From an uncultured Spirochaetaceae bacterium (GTDB taxonomy: Bacteria > Spirochaetota > Spirochaetia > Sphaerochaetales > Sphaerochaetaceae), in the NCBI GenBank assembly GCA_964589355.1, contig CAZPTG010000001.1, positions 31-64,030 of the forward strand: 64,000 nt of DNA, in the 5' to 3' direction. The notes beneath the pieces were generated by a model. That model was not told the DNA's origin, did not search any database, and saw only the letters and a list, made by a program, of their open reading frames with translations. Numbering within the stretch: position 1 is the first letter of the stretch; each line of letters begins with the position of its first letter. A program made the translations under genes and the position numbers. Below, piece after piece: positions 54,501 to 62,895 of the stretch.

Positions 54501-56394
54501 AAATCAGGACAAAAACCTTAACATAGGGAGTTATGATGATGGGGTTGCTGACTGGAAAACAATTAATTACAGGGCATTGACGCATAATTTTTCACAAGGC
54601 AACGTCAACATCACAGACGGGGTTTTACAAGTTGATGGCACAGGGTATTCCTACTTTTCTGACAGACTTTCAATAGGCAAAACTACAGCGGCGGACGAAT
54701 TTTTAGATATCATGGGATCTATTAAGATGATAGGTTCTCCACGAGGATTGAAGTTTTCAAGAGGGTCTGATAATCCTACATTCTCTGATTTTGATTTCCC
54801 TGATTTATCTGCGTCTTCAGCAACAATGAGATTCTTCAGGTTAACTAATACTACAGGAACCAAAGCAGTAGAATTCTATAAAGGAGATGGAACCAGCACT
54901 AGAGATGTACGAATAGGAGTTGATGGAGAAAATAGTTATTTTGCAGGCAATCTCTCAGTAGGCAAAACCACAGCGGCGGCGGAGGCGTTGGATGTGGATG
55001 GGAGTATTGCATTACAAGGAAGATTATATTTTAATCTTGATGGTGATAATCGCATCCAATTTGATAGAAGTAAAAGCAATCATTCTTTCTATATACAAAG
55101 AGAAGGAACTATAGCTGAAACAGCATTAACAATAGTTAGATCAGGAAGCAATTTTTATACAGGAGTTAATCAAAACATCTACCCCTCAGAAGCCTTAGAT
55201 GTATCAGGAAATATAGCTGCATCAGGTACAGTTATAGGATCTAATCTTAATATATCTAATTGGGATACTGCCTATGGAGATAAGATAAATTTGATGTCTT
55301 TTGATACATCGACAGGTATATTAACTCTGACTAGACAGGATAGTGGTACAATTACTCAGGATTTGGATGGTAGGTATGTAACATCTAGTGGTTTAGATTT
55401 ACAAGATGTTACAGATAATGGCAATATTACAACTAATGCTATATATATAAATAGTACTAATGTTGGTATAAATCAAATGTCTGTACCTTCAAATGTTAGT
55501 TTATCTCCTAATTATAATACTTCGTCAGGTAGTACGTATGATTCTTATTATCGTGTTAAAATAGTTGCCAAATCAAAATTAGGTGAAACAGTAGCTTCAT
55601 CCGCTTCACCTACTCTTGATATACCTTCTTTAGAAGAAACTTTTGGTGAATTAGAATCATCGTGGACAGATGTAACTGGTGCGGTATCTTATAAAGTATA
55701 TTTAGATGAATCTAATGATGGTTCAAGTTGGAAAGGGTACGGATATGTAAAAACTGTCACTACTGCATTTGCTAGTATAACTAAAAGTTATTATAATTTA
55801 GATGCAGATGATTCGCCTTCTACCAATACAGCCTATGTAAACGAATTTACATCTTCAGGTCTTAAACTTGGAAATTTAACGGATCCTTCAGGAGGTAATA
55901 GGTGCTTATATGTAGATGGAGACGGCATAGTTAGAGCTAAATCAGAAGATTGTGGTACTGCTACTGGAGATGGTGATAATCTCGGAAATCATATTGCTAC
56001 GCAGAATATAGACCTTAATGGTAATTATTTATCTGGAGATGGAGATTCTGAAGGCATATCTATAGATACATTGGGTAATGTTTCTATGACAGGTGCTTTG
56101 ACTGTATCTAGTAATATTACAGCAAATAATTTTATACTATCTTCAGATATGAGGTTAAAAGAAAATGTTTGTTATGCTATCCAGGATAGTATTGATGACA
56201 TTAATATATTTTCATTTAATTTTAAAGACAGTGATAATCTAAGATATGGTGTATCAGCTCAACAGGTTGAAAAGATCAATCCTGAGTTTGTTAGTGAGAA
56301 TAAAGAAGGGTATAAACAGGTTGCTTATATAGACTTATTATTAGCTAAAGTAGTTAGATTAGAACAACAAATCAAAGAATTAAAGGAAATTTAA
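51562..56394 (+). CDS. giant tail fibre/spike protein (1610 aa) with C-terminal intramolecular chaperone (peptidase S74-like) domain
   Basis: The C-terminal ILSSDMRLKENV...YGVSAQQVEKINPEFV...LEQQIKELKE matches the auto-cleaving chaperone module of endosialidase-type fibres. Confidence 0.8.
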   Translation: MSYVPNVSWETRVGQVNLSSTGDHYYECNLPVKNLNDKGAGTLNTDLYLIDYLGYFYEIVTIIDSATNRVEVYDINEGQQYPQASFKAPYQDMIGFVCQLTGAGIGLSVFQLRRLHGSARDAINYQDNLIIWQRINWLDNISMAGRLWGGEITNNGDGTVTVAEGGGVVKNDDTALESVPTSLNEGQGSKLSHVTWSSTTLTPTDNAYNYIFYDGSAGIITHTTSFYSISFTRDFTVGRVYKYGGEVAIRLCGTNNWNFNRRVQLFGEERFPVERATGLMIGNPSGLYISTTEGVLWAELVNRFSVDSFDSSGTDTFNYWYRDGAGGHTRVLSNSEIDNTNYDDGSGTLAALTTNRYGVHWVYAVHDSSIHTVYGRGNYQLKDAQTATPPPDIPGLLSAYSTLIGKIIVQKSSTTLYSVESPFVDRFTSSGVTDHGNLAGLGDDDHSQYLLLAGRSGQYIDDSITISGDLTVNGTEFITNTETVEIEDNLAIINSGETGSGITAGFAGWEADRGTLTNYRWGFDETTDLWRLGEVGSLQAVATRPDSPSDNYIGIWDTTNSWIDFVNTLPYHSTLLSNYDTGDLSEGTNLYYTNERVDDRVNNLLASSDAITLSYDDIGNTLTIGESHSALTNNPHSVTATQVSALVSIDGVSNAGGNVDLVNGGNVTITPDNTNNKITLSVPNDLTVISNYKETVQDYAWDVLTGTQTLITVTYDDTNNEVDFEVEPNLSNYTNDVGWTTYDSSDFDTDFSGKTTDDLSEGASNQYFTGERAQDAVGTILTDTTSIDLTYDDAGNSITASVLEAGVDHNSLSNYVSNEHIDHTSVTLTAGTGLTGGGDISANRTFDVDVGIADNKIVQIDDADAADNDYAKFTANGLEGRSYSEVLSDLSLSSNLQNLTDAEVTQLENINTETISNTQWGYLGAMSGQPLESVPTLQNVTDQGNSTDKYIRTTGTDEYTELRSAGIYINRGSGYLAPLSNQDKNLNIGSYDDGVADWKTINYRALTHNFSQGNVNITDGVLQVDGTGYSYFSDRLSIGKTTAADEFLDIMGSIKMIGSPRGLKFSRGSDNPTFSDFDFPDLSASSATMRFFRLTNTTGTKAVEFYKGDGTSTRDVRIGVDGENSYFAGNLSVGKTTAAAEALDVDGSIALQGRLYFNLDGDNRIQFDRSKSNHSFYIQREGTIAETALTIVRSGSNFYTGVNQNIYPSEALDVSGNIAASGTVIGSNLNISNWDTAYGDKINLMSFDTSTGILTLTRQDSGTITQDLDGRYVTSSGLDLQDVTDNGNITTNAIYINSTNVGINQMSVPSNVSLSPNYNTSSGSTYDSYYRVKIVAKSKLGETVASSASPTLDIPSLEETFGELESSWTDVTGAVSYKVYLDESNDGSSWKGYGYVKTVTTAFASITKSYYNLDADDSPSTNTAYVNEFTSSGLKLGNLTDPSGGNRCLYVDGDGIVRAKSEDCGTATGDGDNLGNHIATQNIDLNGNYLSGDGDSEGISIDTLGNVSMTGALTVSSNITANNFILSSDMRLKENVCYAIQDSIDDINIFSFNFKDSDNLRYGVSAQQVEKINPEFVSENKEGYKQVAYIDLLLAKVVRLEQQIKELKEI

Positions 56395-56395
56395 T

Positions 56396-57916
56396 ATGGC
56401 AGTACCAAATACAGATAGTTTTACATTATTAAATATAGTAGATGAAGTAAATCCTAGTACAGATAATCTTTATCAATCTTTTGAGGAGTCTATTGCAGAT
56501 AATTTTGATACTTCATACATTCCTTCCGGTTTTGATCCTCATAAAGATGATAAAAGCGGATATGAACAACTGTATTTTAGAAATTATGGAGATGATCAAG
56601 CTTCATCTATAACAGCTATTTATAGCTATTTTGTATGTATGTATACTGCTGGACCTTATCTGGTAGCTGTGACAGATACAGATTATATTTTTATTTTTAA
56701 AATATGGGATACTGGCGATATTGCATTAATAAGTTCTTTTAATAGTTACTACAATCCCAATACTAGTACCACAGAAACATATAGTAATCTTAGAGACATA
56801 GACTTATACTATAACTCTAACACTTCTAGCGCTTATTTGTTTATACCTTTTATATACACATTAGATGATGTTGAGGGAAAAGTATGGTGGCATGAGCTTA
56901 AAATAGAGGATAGAGATGGTGTTGACGCTAATATTACTTTTTTTGACTACGGTACAGGTGATTATTATTATACCATGAATTCAAAAGTAAAGAGTATAAT
57001 GGTATCAGATTATGATTCTACCGGCTCTCCCAGGACTGTTGTCCTTATGAGTGATTTACAAGAAGGTCCTGGTGATGATATAGAGGTGTGGTCATTTTTC
57101 TATCATTTAGATGGTTCTAAGAATGATGGATCTATAAAAGATGAAGTTCAGTATCATTCTGAAGCATCCAACAAAGATTGGGAAGAAATACATCATAAGT
57201 TGATAGATAGAGAAGGATTTACAAACACTTCTTATTTTGCAGCTATAGTACTTGACGGGAGTGGAGACCCTGTAAAACTTAGGATTAGGGAACTTGATAC
57301 AACTCCTGGAACTAATTGGGGACAGGAATGGGAGACATCTAATTTAGATCCTGGGAATAATTTTAGGGAAGAAATGGCTACACCGTTTTATGCAAGACCT
57401 TATCCTTCTTGGAACGAGATATTTGCTGTACGTAATACAATTAATGCTTATTATTCAGATGGTTATAATGAAAATCAAGAAGTTGTAGGATATAAGTTTG
57501 ATTATAACAATCCTGGTATAAATACGTTTGGATCTGTTAGATATAGCGATGAAATTACAGGCGAAAAAGGTTGGATGGGGCATACTATGTGTGCTAGTGA
57601 AGATAATTTATATGTTATTAGATACGAAGATAATAATGATTTATTTGTAATACATAGATTCTCTTATACCTCTACAAGTCTTACATATAAAAGTAGTCAT
57701 ACTGTAAATACTAAAGCTGGGCTCAATTCAAATTTTATCATAGAAAGCGTAACTTCTAGTGAAACAGATACTGATAGTAGTAAAGATATTATATATTTAA
57801 TGGCTGCTGCTGACGATACTTACAGGTATGGTATATACATAATAAAGGTTGTATGGGATAATGCTACTCCCTCTAATGATAGCTATGAAGATATAAGTTT
57901 ACCTCCGATACCATAA
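56396..57916 (+). CDS. hypothetical tail-associated protein (506 aa)
   Basis: ORF on the rightward strand, start-coupled to the fibre gene. Confidence 0.55.
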   Translation: MAVPNTDSFTLLNIVDEVNPSTDNLYQSFEESIADNFDTSYIPSGFDPHKDDKSGYEQLYFRNYGDDQASSITAIYSYFVCMYTAGPYLVAVTDTDYIFIFKIWDTGDIALISSFNSYYNPNTSTTETYSNLRDIDLYYNSNTSSAYLFIPFIYTLDDVEGKVWWHELKIEDRDGVDANITFFDYGTGDYYYTMNSKVKSIMVSDYDSTGSPRTVVLMSDLQEGPGDDIEVWSFFYHLDGSKNDGSIKDEVQYHSEASNKDWEEIHHKLIDREGFTNTSYFAAIVLDGSGDPVKLRIRELDTTPGTNWGQEWETSNLDPGNNFREEMATPFYARPYPSWNEIFAVRNTINAYYSDGYNENQEVVGYKFDYNNPGINTFGSVRYSDEITGEKGWMGHTMCASEDNLYVIRYEDNNDLFVIHRFSYTSTSLTYKSSHTVNTKAGLNSNFIIESVTSSETDTDSSKDIIYLMAAADDTYRYGIYIIKVVWDNATPSNDSYEDISLPPIP

Positions 57917-57993
57917 TTTTGTTAAATAAATAATAGGGTAACAATTTTTACAGTTATACGTAGACTATAAGAATATACTAAAATCAAATAAAT

Positions 57994-58320
57994 ATGAAAA
58001 TAGATTTAACACAGAACCTCTATAACGCCAATGGTGAAAAGCTAACTATCAGTAATGATGCTGGTAAACAAGAAGCTCCTCAATTAGGCGTACTTCTAAA
58101 GAATATAGCTTTAACAGAGCTAGAGAAGGAAGAGACTAATAAAGCTAAAGACTTTGATATATTCATGAAGTTGAATGAAGCTAAAAAAGAAATAGATCTT
58201 ACAAATGAGGAATTAGTCAGGCTTCAAAATAAACTACCTAAGATATACGGTATACTTATCTATGGTCAGATTAATTCTATCTTAGAGGGAAAGAATAACC
58301 CATTAAAACCTAAAGAGTAA
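57994..58320 (+). CDS. hypothetical protein (108 aa)
   Basis: ORF on the rightward strand. Confidence 0.55.
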   Translation: MKIDLTQNLYNANGEKLTISNDAGKQEAPQLGVLLKNIALTELEKEETNKAKDFDIFMKLNEAKKEIDLTNEELVRLQNKLPKIYGILIYGQINSILEGKNNPLKPKE

Positions 58321-58622
58321 TGACTCAATCAGAATTTAATAACTATAAATTACAAATCTATTGGTACTCATCCCAGCAGGCTGAAAGGTTAGCCAAAGAT
58401 AAAGCGTTAGGTAAAGATTCCACTAAAGATATGGTTAACCTAATGTTACTTAATGCCTATATAGATATAGTTAATGAATATGTACTACAGGACTATGATG
58501 AGGCTGATGAAGAAGATGAGAATATAAACTTTTTTACCAGGGATGAGATGGAAGATATAATTACACATATAAATGATATATGTGGTACTCAATACAATCT
58601 TAATCTAAAGCTAGAAGTTTAA
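58320..58622 (+). CDS. hypothetical protein (100 aa)
   Basis: ORF on the rightward strand, with a TAATG overlap. Confidence 0.55.
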   Translation: MTQSEFNNYKLQIYWYSSQQAERLAKDKALGKDSTKDMVNLMLLNAYIDIVNEYVLQDYDEADEEDENINFFTRDEMEDIITHINDICGTQYNLNLKLEV

Positions 58623-58642
58623 TAAGTCTATAAATATAAACT

Positions 58643-58933
58643 ATGCAAGAAAATACTAAAAGAGTAGAATACAAGATACCAAATGGAGAGTTTAAAGCTT
58701 TGAAAGAAGATGTAAATTGGCTTAAGGAAAGAGTTAATGATATGGCTACAGCTTTGCTTGGCAGTGAGTATCATGAAAAAGGTTGGATAGAAAGAGTAAG
58801 GGACCTTGAAGAGAAAAAGACTAAAGAACTTGAAAAAAGAGTAGAGAAATTAGAAAGATTTAGATGGACTGTATATGGTGCTGCATCAGTAGTATCTATT
58901 GCAGTAGGTGTACTACTGTGGATATCAGCTTAA
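58643..58933 (+). CDS. C-terminally membrane-anchored coiled-coil protein (96 aa), lysis-cassette candidate
   Basis: The C-terminal TM segment is WTVYGAASVVSIAVGVLLWISA. Lies immediately upstream of the endolysin. Confidence 0.45.
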   Translation: MQENTKRVEYKIPNGEFKALKEDVNWLKERVNDMATALLGSEYHEKGWIERVRDLEEKKTKELEKRVEKLERFRWTVYGAASVVSIAVGVLLWISA

Positions 58934-58945
58934 TAAAATTGTACT

Positions 58946-59419
58946 ATGGATAGAATCAGTGAACATATAAGTTATAAAGAAGCTACTAAATCCTACACAG
59001 CTGTTAAATATGGGATAGATAATAACGTGTATTGTTATTGTATAGAGGATAACATGAAGAGAGTGGCTCAGCGTATTTTTGAGCCTCTAAGGAGCTATTA
59101 TGGTAGGCCTATAGGTATAGCTAGTTTCTACAGATCTAAGAAGCTAAATAAGCGTATAGGTGGCTCTAAAAATAGTCAGCACCTATTCGGGGAAGCTGTA
59201 GATCTAGATGCAGATATGTACGGCTTTATAAATAACAGTCAAATATTTAATTATATCTATAGAAACTTAGACTATGACCAGTTAGTTTGGGAGCATGGTA
59301 ATGAGGAAGAACCTGACTGGGTTCATGTAAGTTATGTATCTACTGAAGATAATAGGAATGAAGCTTTAGTTGCATATAAGAAAGGTAACAAGACTAAATA
59401 CAGATACTATGAAGGGTAA
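58946..59419 (+). CDS. peptidase M15 family endolysin (L-Ala-D-Glu / D-Ala-D-Ala peptidase type)
   Basis: SFYRSKKLNKRIGGSKNSQHLFGEAVDLD ... WVHVSY matches the M15 H-x-x-x-x-x-x-D ... H zinc-ligand pattern. Confidence 0.8.
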   Translation: MDRISEHISYKEATKSYTAVKYGIDNNVYCYCIEDNMKRVAQRIFEPLRSYYGRPIGIASFYRSKKLNKRIGGSKNSQHLFGEAVDLDADMYGFINNSQIFNYIYRNLDYDQLVWEHGNEEEPDWVHVSYVSTEDNRNEALVAYKKGNKTKYRYYEG

Positions 59420-59615
59420 ACAATTTTTAACAGCTCCTAGGATAGCTGGATACATTGTCATACTTTTATCAGCAGTTTTAAGTTTTTATACTGAGGATAG
59501 TACTTATTGGTCTGTAGGCATACCTTCTGGTATGAGTGCGATAATAACAGAAGAAGCTGGTAGAAAGTTTGGTAAGAATAATAACAATAAAAACAATAGT
59601 CATGAAAATTCTTAA
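59409..59615 (+). CDS. holin-like small membrane protein (68 aa)
   Basis: The ATG at 59409 overlaps the endolysin stop. Hydrophobic segments are IAGYIVILLSAVLSFY and WSVGIPSGMSAII. The C-terminus is polar. Confidence 0.5.
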   Translation: MKGKQFLTAPRIAGYIVILLSAVLSFYTEDSTYWSVGIPSGMSAIITEEAGRKFGKNNNNKNNSHENS

Positions 59616-60318
59616 TATAGTAGGTGCAGCTGCACTTATATTTGTCGCTATTATGTGGCATGGGGACAGGCAAGATAAACAAGCTCTTCAGGAAAAGAAT
59701 ATAAATTTGAAGGATAGTATAGAATTTCAACAGGATAGTATTAATATGCTTGAGGAAGCTTATACTAAAGAATCTGATAGGAGCGATAGCTTATCCGAAG
59801 AAGTAGAGAGGTACAAAAAATTATGGTGGTTAGAGAAAGAAGCTAAAGAAGAGATAGCAGCTAAATACGATAGTTTAAAAGCTGAAGTAGATAGCATGCC
59901 TATAGATTCTATAGCTCAATACATTGTAGATCATTATGCTGGCGATAATTACGAGCTTTTAGATGTAGGGTTTGTTGGAGGTGATAGCTCTATTTATATA
60001 GCTTTTCAAGATATTACAGCTAAAGATATAGTAGATACTCATATAGATTATAGGGAAAGAGGCGAGATTATAGACAATCAGCAAAATCAGATACAGCATC
60101 TAAAAAGTATAAATAGGCTGAGAGAAGATGAGATAGCTACTTTAACTAGAAGGAATGATAATCTTGAGTTACAAGTTGAGAAAATAAGTGAAGTAAAAAA
60201 TATGTATAGAGATTTAGCCTCAGAGTATGAAGAAGAAATTACTAAACAAAAGAATAGGAAACTTGTAGGTTATGGTGTAGCTATAGCTGAAGGTATAGCA
60301 ATACTTATACTATTATAG
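59602..60318 (+). CDS. coiled-coil protein with N- and C-terminal TM segments (238 aa), spanin-like candidate
   Basis: N-terminal segment ILNIVGAAALIFVAIMW, a long coiled coil, and C-terminal segment LVGYGVAIAEGIAILILL. The start overlaps the holin-like ORF. Confidence 0.4.
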   Translation: MKILNIVGAAALIFVAIMWHGDRQDKQALQEKNINLKDSIEFQQDSINMLEEAYTKESDRSDSLSEEVERYKKLWWLEKEAKEEIAAKYDSLKAEVDSMPIDSIAQYIVDHYAGDNYELLDVGFVGGDSSIYIAFQDITAKDIVDTHIDYRERGEIIDNQQNQIQHLKSINRLREDEIATLTRRNDNLELQVEKISEVKNMYRDLASEYEEEITKQKNRKLVGYGVAIAEGIAILILL

Positions 60319-60334
60319 AGACAACCAGTTAATT

Positions 60335-60544
60335 ATGGCAGAAAGCAACATAGGAACATTTGAGCGGATAGACGATAACACCATCAAACACGAGTATACT
60401 CGGTGGCGTACCGTGAAAGTAGATGAAATGTGGGGCAGGGCAAAGCAGATTATTGACAGTCTTGAAGCTATGCCCGAAACCAAGACCTTAAATGATAAAG
60501 AAGCGGAGGCGGTATATAATGAATGGGTCGAGCAGCAGAGATAG
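60335..60544 (+). CDS. hypothetical protein (69 aa), GC-rich
   Basis: ORF on the rightward strand. Its composition is visibly more GC-rich than its neighbours. Confidence 0.5.
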   Translation: MAESNIGTFERIDDNTIKHEYTRWRTVKVDEMWGRAKQIIDSLEAMPETKTLNDKEAEAVYNEWVEQQR

Positions 60545-60798
60545 TATGTACCGTGTCAGGTCTTTCATCCCTAAGCGGCTATACTCCATCCCTGACTGTA
60601 AAGGATGATTATGGTGGCAGTACAACATTTGAAATAACTGGTAGCGTAGATGGGCTGAATGTTACTTTTAAAGTAGATCCTGATGATAATGATATATCAG
60701 CTGGAACGTATATATACGAAATAAATATTACTGATGGTACTGATATTTATACAATAGTCCAAAGTAAATATATAGTACTGGATTCTGTAAAATATTAA
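60523..60798 (+). CDS. hypothetical protein (91 aa)
   Basis: ORF on the rightward strand. Has a 22-nt overlap with the previous ORF. Confidence 0.5.
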   Translation: MGRAAEIVCTVSGLSSLSGYTPSLTVKDDYGGSTTFEITGSVDGLNVTFKVDPDDNDISAGTYIYEINITDGTDIYTIVQSKYIVLDSVKY

Positions 60799-60808
60799 TT
60801 AATATAAA

Positions 60809-61495
60809 ATGGGTATAGATCTAGAAAAACTTACTAAAGATTTACTTACTATAATCAGGGGATCTATAGTTAATCAAAGTGAGCCAGTTTCTATCAGACA
60901 GATAGAAGATTGGGTACATCAATACAGGGCTTTACTAATTCGTAGGGACTTAACTAAGGGTTATAGTCTTAATCCAGATTACTTACAGGAATTAGATAAT
61001 GAAGAGCTTGAGTTTGTTGATGAAGCTGAAGATAATAGTATAGACTCTGATTATTATATACTTAGGACTAAAAACCAATTGCCTAAAACATTGGATTTAC
61101 CACTAGGTAGTGGTATTAAGTATGTTGGTACTGTTCTTGGTAAACAAATACAAGTAGTACCTTACAGTAGATTACATTGGCAGAAGTATAGGAAATACAC
61201 TGGTAAGGATGAGACAGCTGCACTACGCAATCAGCGTATATACATCAAAGGTTCTGAAGAATTAGAGTATATCAATATACGTGGTATATTTGAGAATCCA
61301 TTAGAAGTTGAAGATAGTAACGATACAAATTGGTACGCTAACTATCCTTTACCGCAAGATAAAGTACCTATATTAAAACAGATGATATTAAGCAAGGAGC
61401 TGGGTATTATCTCTAGAGCACCTAGTGATACCTCTAATGATGCCCAGTTTAATTTAAGTCCTAATGTTGAAAAACAGCCGGTTAGTAATGAGTAA
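60809..61495 (+). CDS. hypothetical structural-module protein (228 aa)
   Basis: ORF on the rightward strand. Confidence 0.55.
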   Translation: MGIDLEKLTKDLLTIIRGSIVNQSEPVSIRQIEDWVHQYRALLIRRDLTKGYSLNPDYLQELDNEELEFVDEAEDNSIDSDYYILRTKNQLPKTLDLPLGSGIKYVGTVLGKQIQVVPYSRLHWQKYRKYTGKDETAALRNQRIYIKGSEELEYINIRGIFENPLEVEDSNDTNWYANYPLPQDKVPILKQMILSKELGIISRAPSDTSNDAQFNLSPNVEKQPVSNE

Positions 61496-61952
61496 AAGAG
61501 GCGAAAATATAGTTAAAGATTCGTACACTTTTATTAACATGTATGAAGATTATATAGCTGATAAGTTTAATAATTCCCCCTATGCTATATCTAAAGAAGA
61601 ATATGCAGATATAAACAAGGACTTTGTACTTAGTATGGTAGACTATATGCTATATGAAGCTGGTACTTTTAAGATGCCTTATAGGTTAGGTAGCCTTAGA
61701 ATAATTAAACTAAAGTCTAGCATGGGTAGGAAGAAAAGGCTATCGGTAGATTTTAATTTAACAAAGAAGTATGGCAAAACTATATACCATTTTAACGAAC
61801 ATAGTGATGGATATAAGTATATGTTCAAATGGGATAAAAGGAAGGCTGTAGTTAAACATAAGAGTTTTTACAGATTTATACCCTCAAGGGGTAATAAGCG
61901 TAGGTTAGCTCACATTATAAAAAATAAACTGGCTGACTACTTTGAAAACTAA
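61464..61952 (+). CDS. hypothetical protein (162 aa)
   Basis: ORF on the rightward strand. Basic. Confidence 0.55.
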   Translation: MLKNSRLVMSKRGENIVKDSYTFINMYEDYIADKFNNSPYAISKEEYADINKDFVLSMVDYMLYEAGTFKMPYRLGSLRIIKLKSSMGRKKRLSVDFNLTKKYGKTIYHFNEHSDGYKYMFKWDKRKAVVKHKSFYRFIPSRGNKRRLAHIIKNKLADYFEN

Positions 61953-61957
61953 TTTAT

Positions 61958-62893
61958 ATGAATAATTTAATATCATTGAAGAGTATCATATCTAAAGTAT
62001 ATGCAGATTTAGGCTTAGGTGAATCTGATGTACCTATAAACGATATGGTTGAATGGGCTGCAGAAGCTTTAGAGAAGATAGAAGCCCCAAATTCTTATGT
62101 ACAAAAGGTTACAGGTAAAGCTGGTGTACCACTAAAGAAAATAACAGATTACCAAGCTCCTTTACCGTATGACTGTAAACAGGTAATTCAAGTTGCATAT
62201 GCTCTAGAAGAGAGTTCTGATAACTTCTATCCAATGAAGTATGCTTCGGGCAGTTTCTCAGGTAATTATGGTCTAACTAAAGATATAGACCATGAGCATT
62301 TAGATGGGGCTGTAGACTTAAGTAATGTAGCCACATCAGACCTTATAGATCTTACTATGAGGTTATTTGATTTAACCTATGAAGAAGCAGTGACAAAGCT
62401 TAATACTGACGAAGAAACTGAATCTATATTAAGGACTTTACTAGATGAGGGGGTAATACAAATGTCTAGTGATGGGGGTACAGTTAATACAGATTTGTTG
62501 GAGTATAAGATAGTACCAGGGTATATTAAAACTAATGTTAAGACTGGGTACTTGATGATTTCATACCTAGCCATCCCCTTAGACTACTATGGTTATCCAA
62601 TGGTATCAGATAATCAAAGCTTTATAGATGCTATCTTTTGGTATATAGCTACTAAGATATTCTATTTGCAATGGATACGAGGTGAGCTAAAGGATAAAGA
62701 AATATATGTACACGCTGCCAGTAAATGGCGCTTCTATGTCAAACAGGCGTATGGTAAATCTGTAGGTCCTAAATCTATAGATGAACTAGAGTCACTTAAG
62801 AACAGTTGGATAAGACTTATCCCTAAGATAAATGAAGGGGAGAAGTTTATGCAGAATCTTAATCAACAACAACAACTGAGGAATTTTAGCTAA
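61958..62893 (+). CDS. hypothetical structural-module protein (311 aa)
   Basis: ORF on the rightward strand. Confidence 0.55.
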   Translation: MNNLISLKSIISKVYADLGLGESDVPINDMVEWAAEALEKIEAPNSYVQKVTGKAGVPLKKITDYQAPLPYDCKQVIQVAYALEESSDNFYPMKYASGSFSGNYGLTKDIDHEHLDGAVDLSNVATSDLIDLTMRLFDLTYEEAVTKLNTDEETESILRTLLDEGVIQMSSDGGTVNTDLLEYKIVPGYIKTNVKTGYLMISYLAIPLDYYGYPMVSDNQSFIDAIFWYIATKIFYLQWIRGELKDKEIYVHAASKWRFYVKQAYGKSVGPKSIDELESLKNSWIRLIPKINEGEKFMQNLNQQQQLRNFS

Positions 62894-62895
62894 TT

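Noticed and set aside
930-62574. The many 60-130-aa ORF-track entries lying antisense to, or out of frame within, long ORFs. Examples are 930-1181 +, 2158-2352 +, 3168-3497 +, 4891-5292 +, 12470-12754 +, 14516-14902 +, 35859-36215 -, 37427-37711 -, 40042-40296 -, 44182-44571 -, 45439-45732 - and 47124-47393 -.
   Set aside because: They sit entirely inside better-supported genes on the dominant coding strand of each module. Their composition is the Leu/Ser/Phe/Ile-rich kind typical of shadow frames in AT-rich DNA, and they have no motifs.
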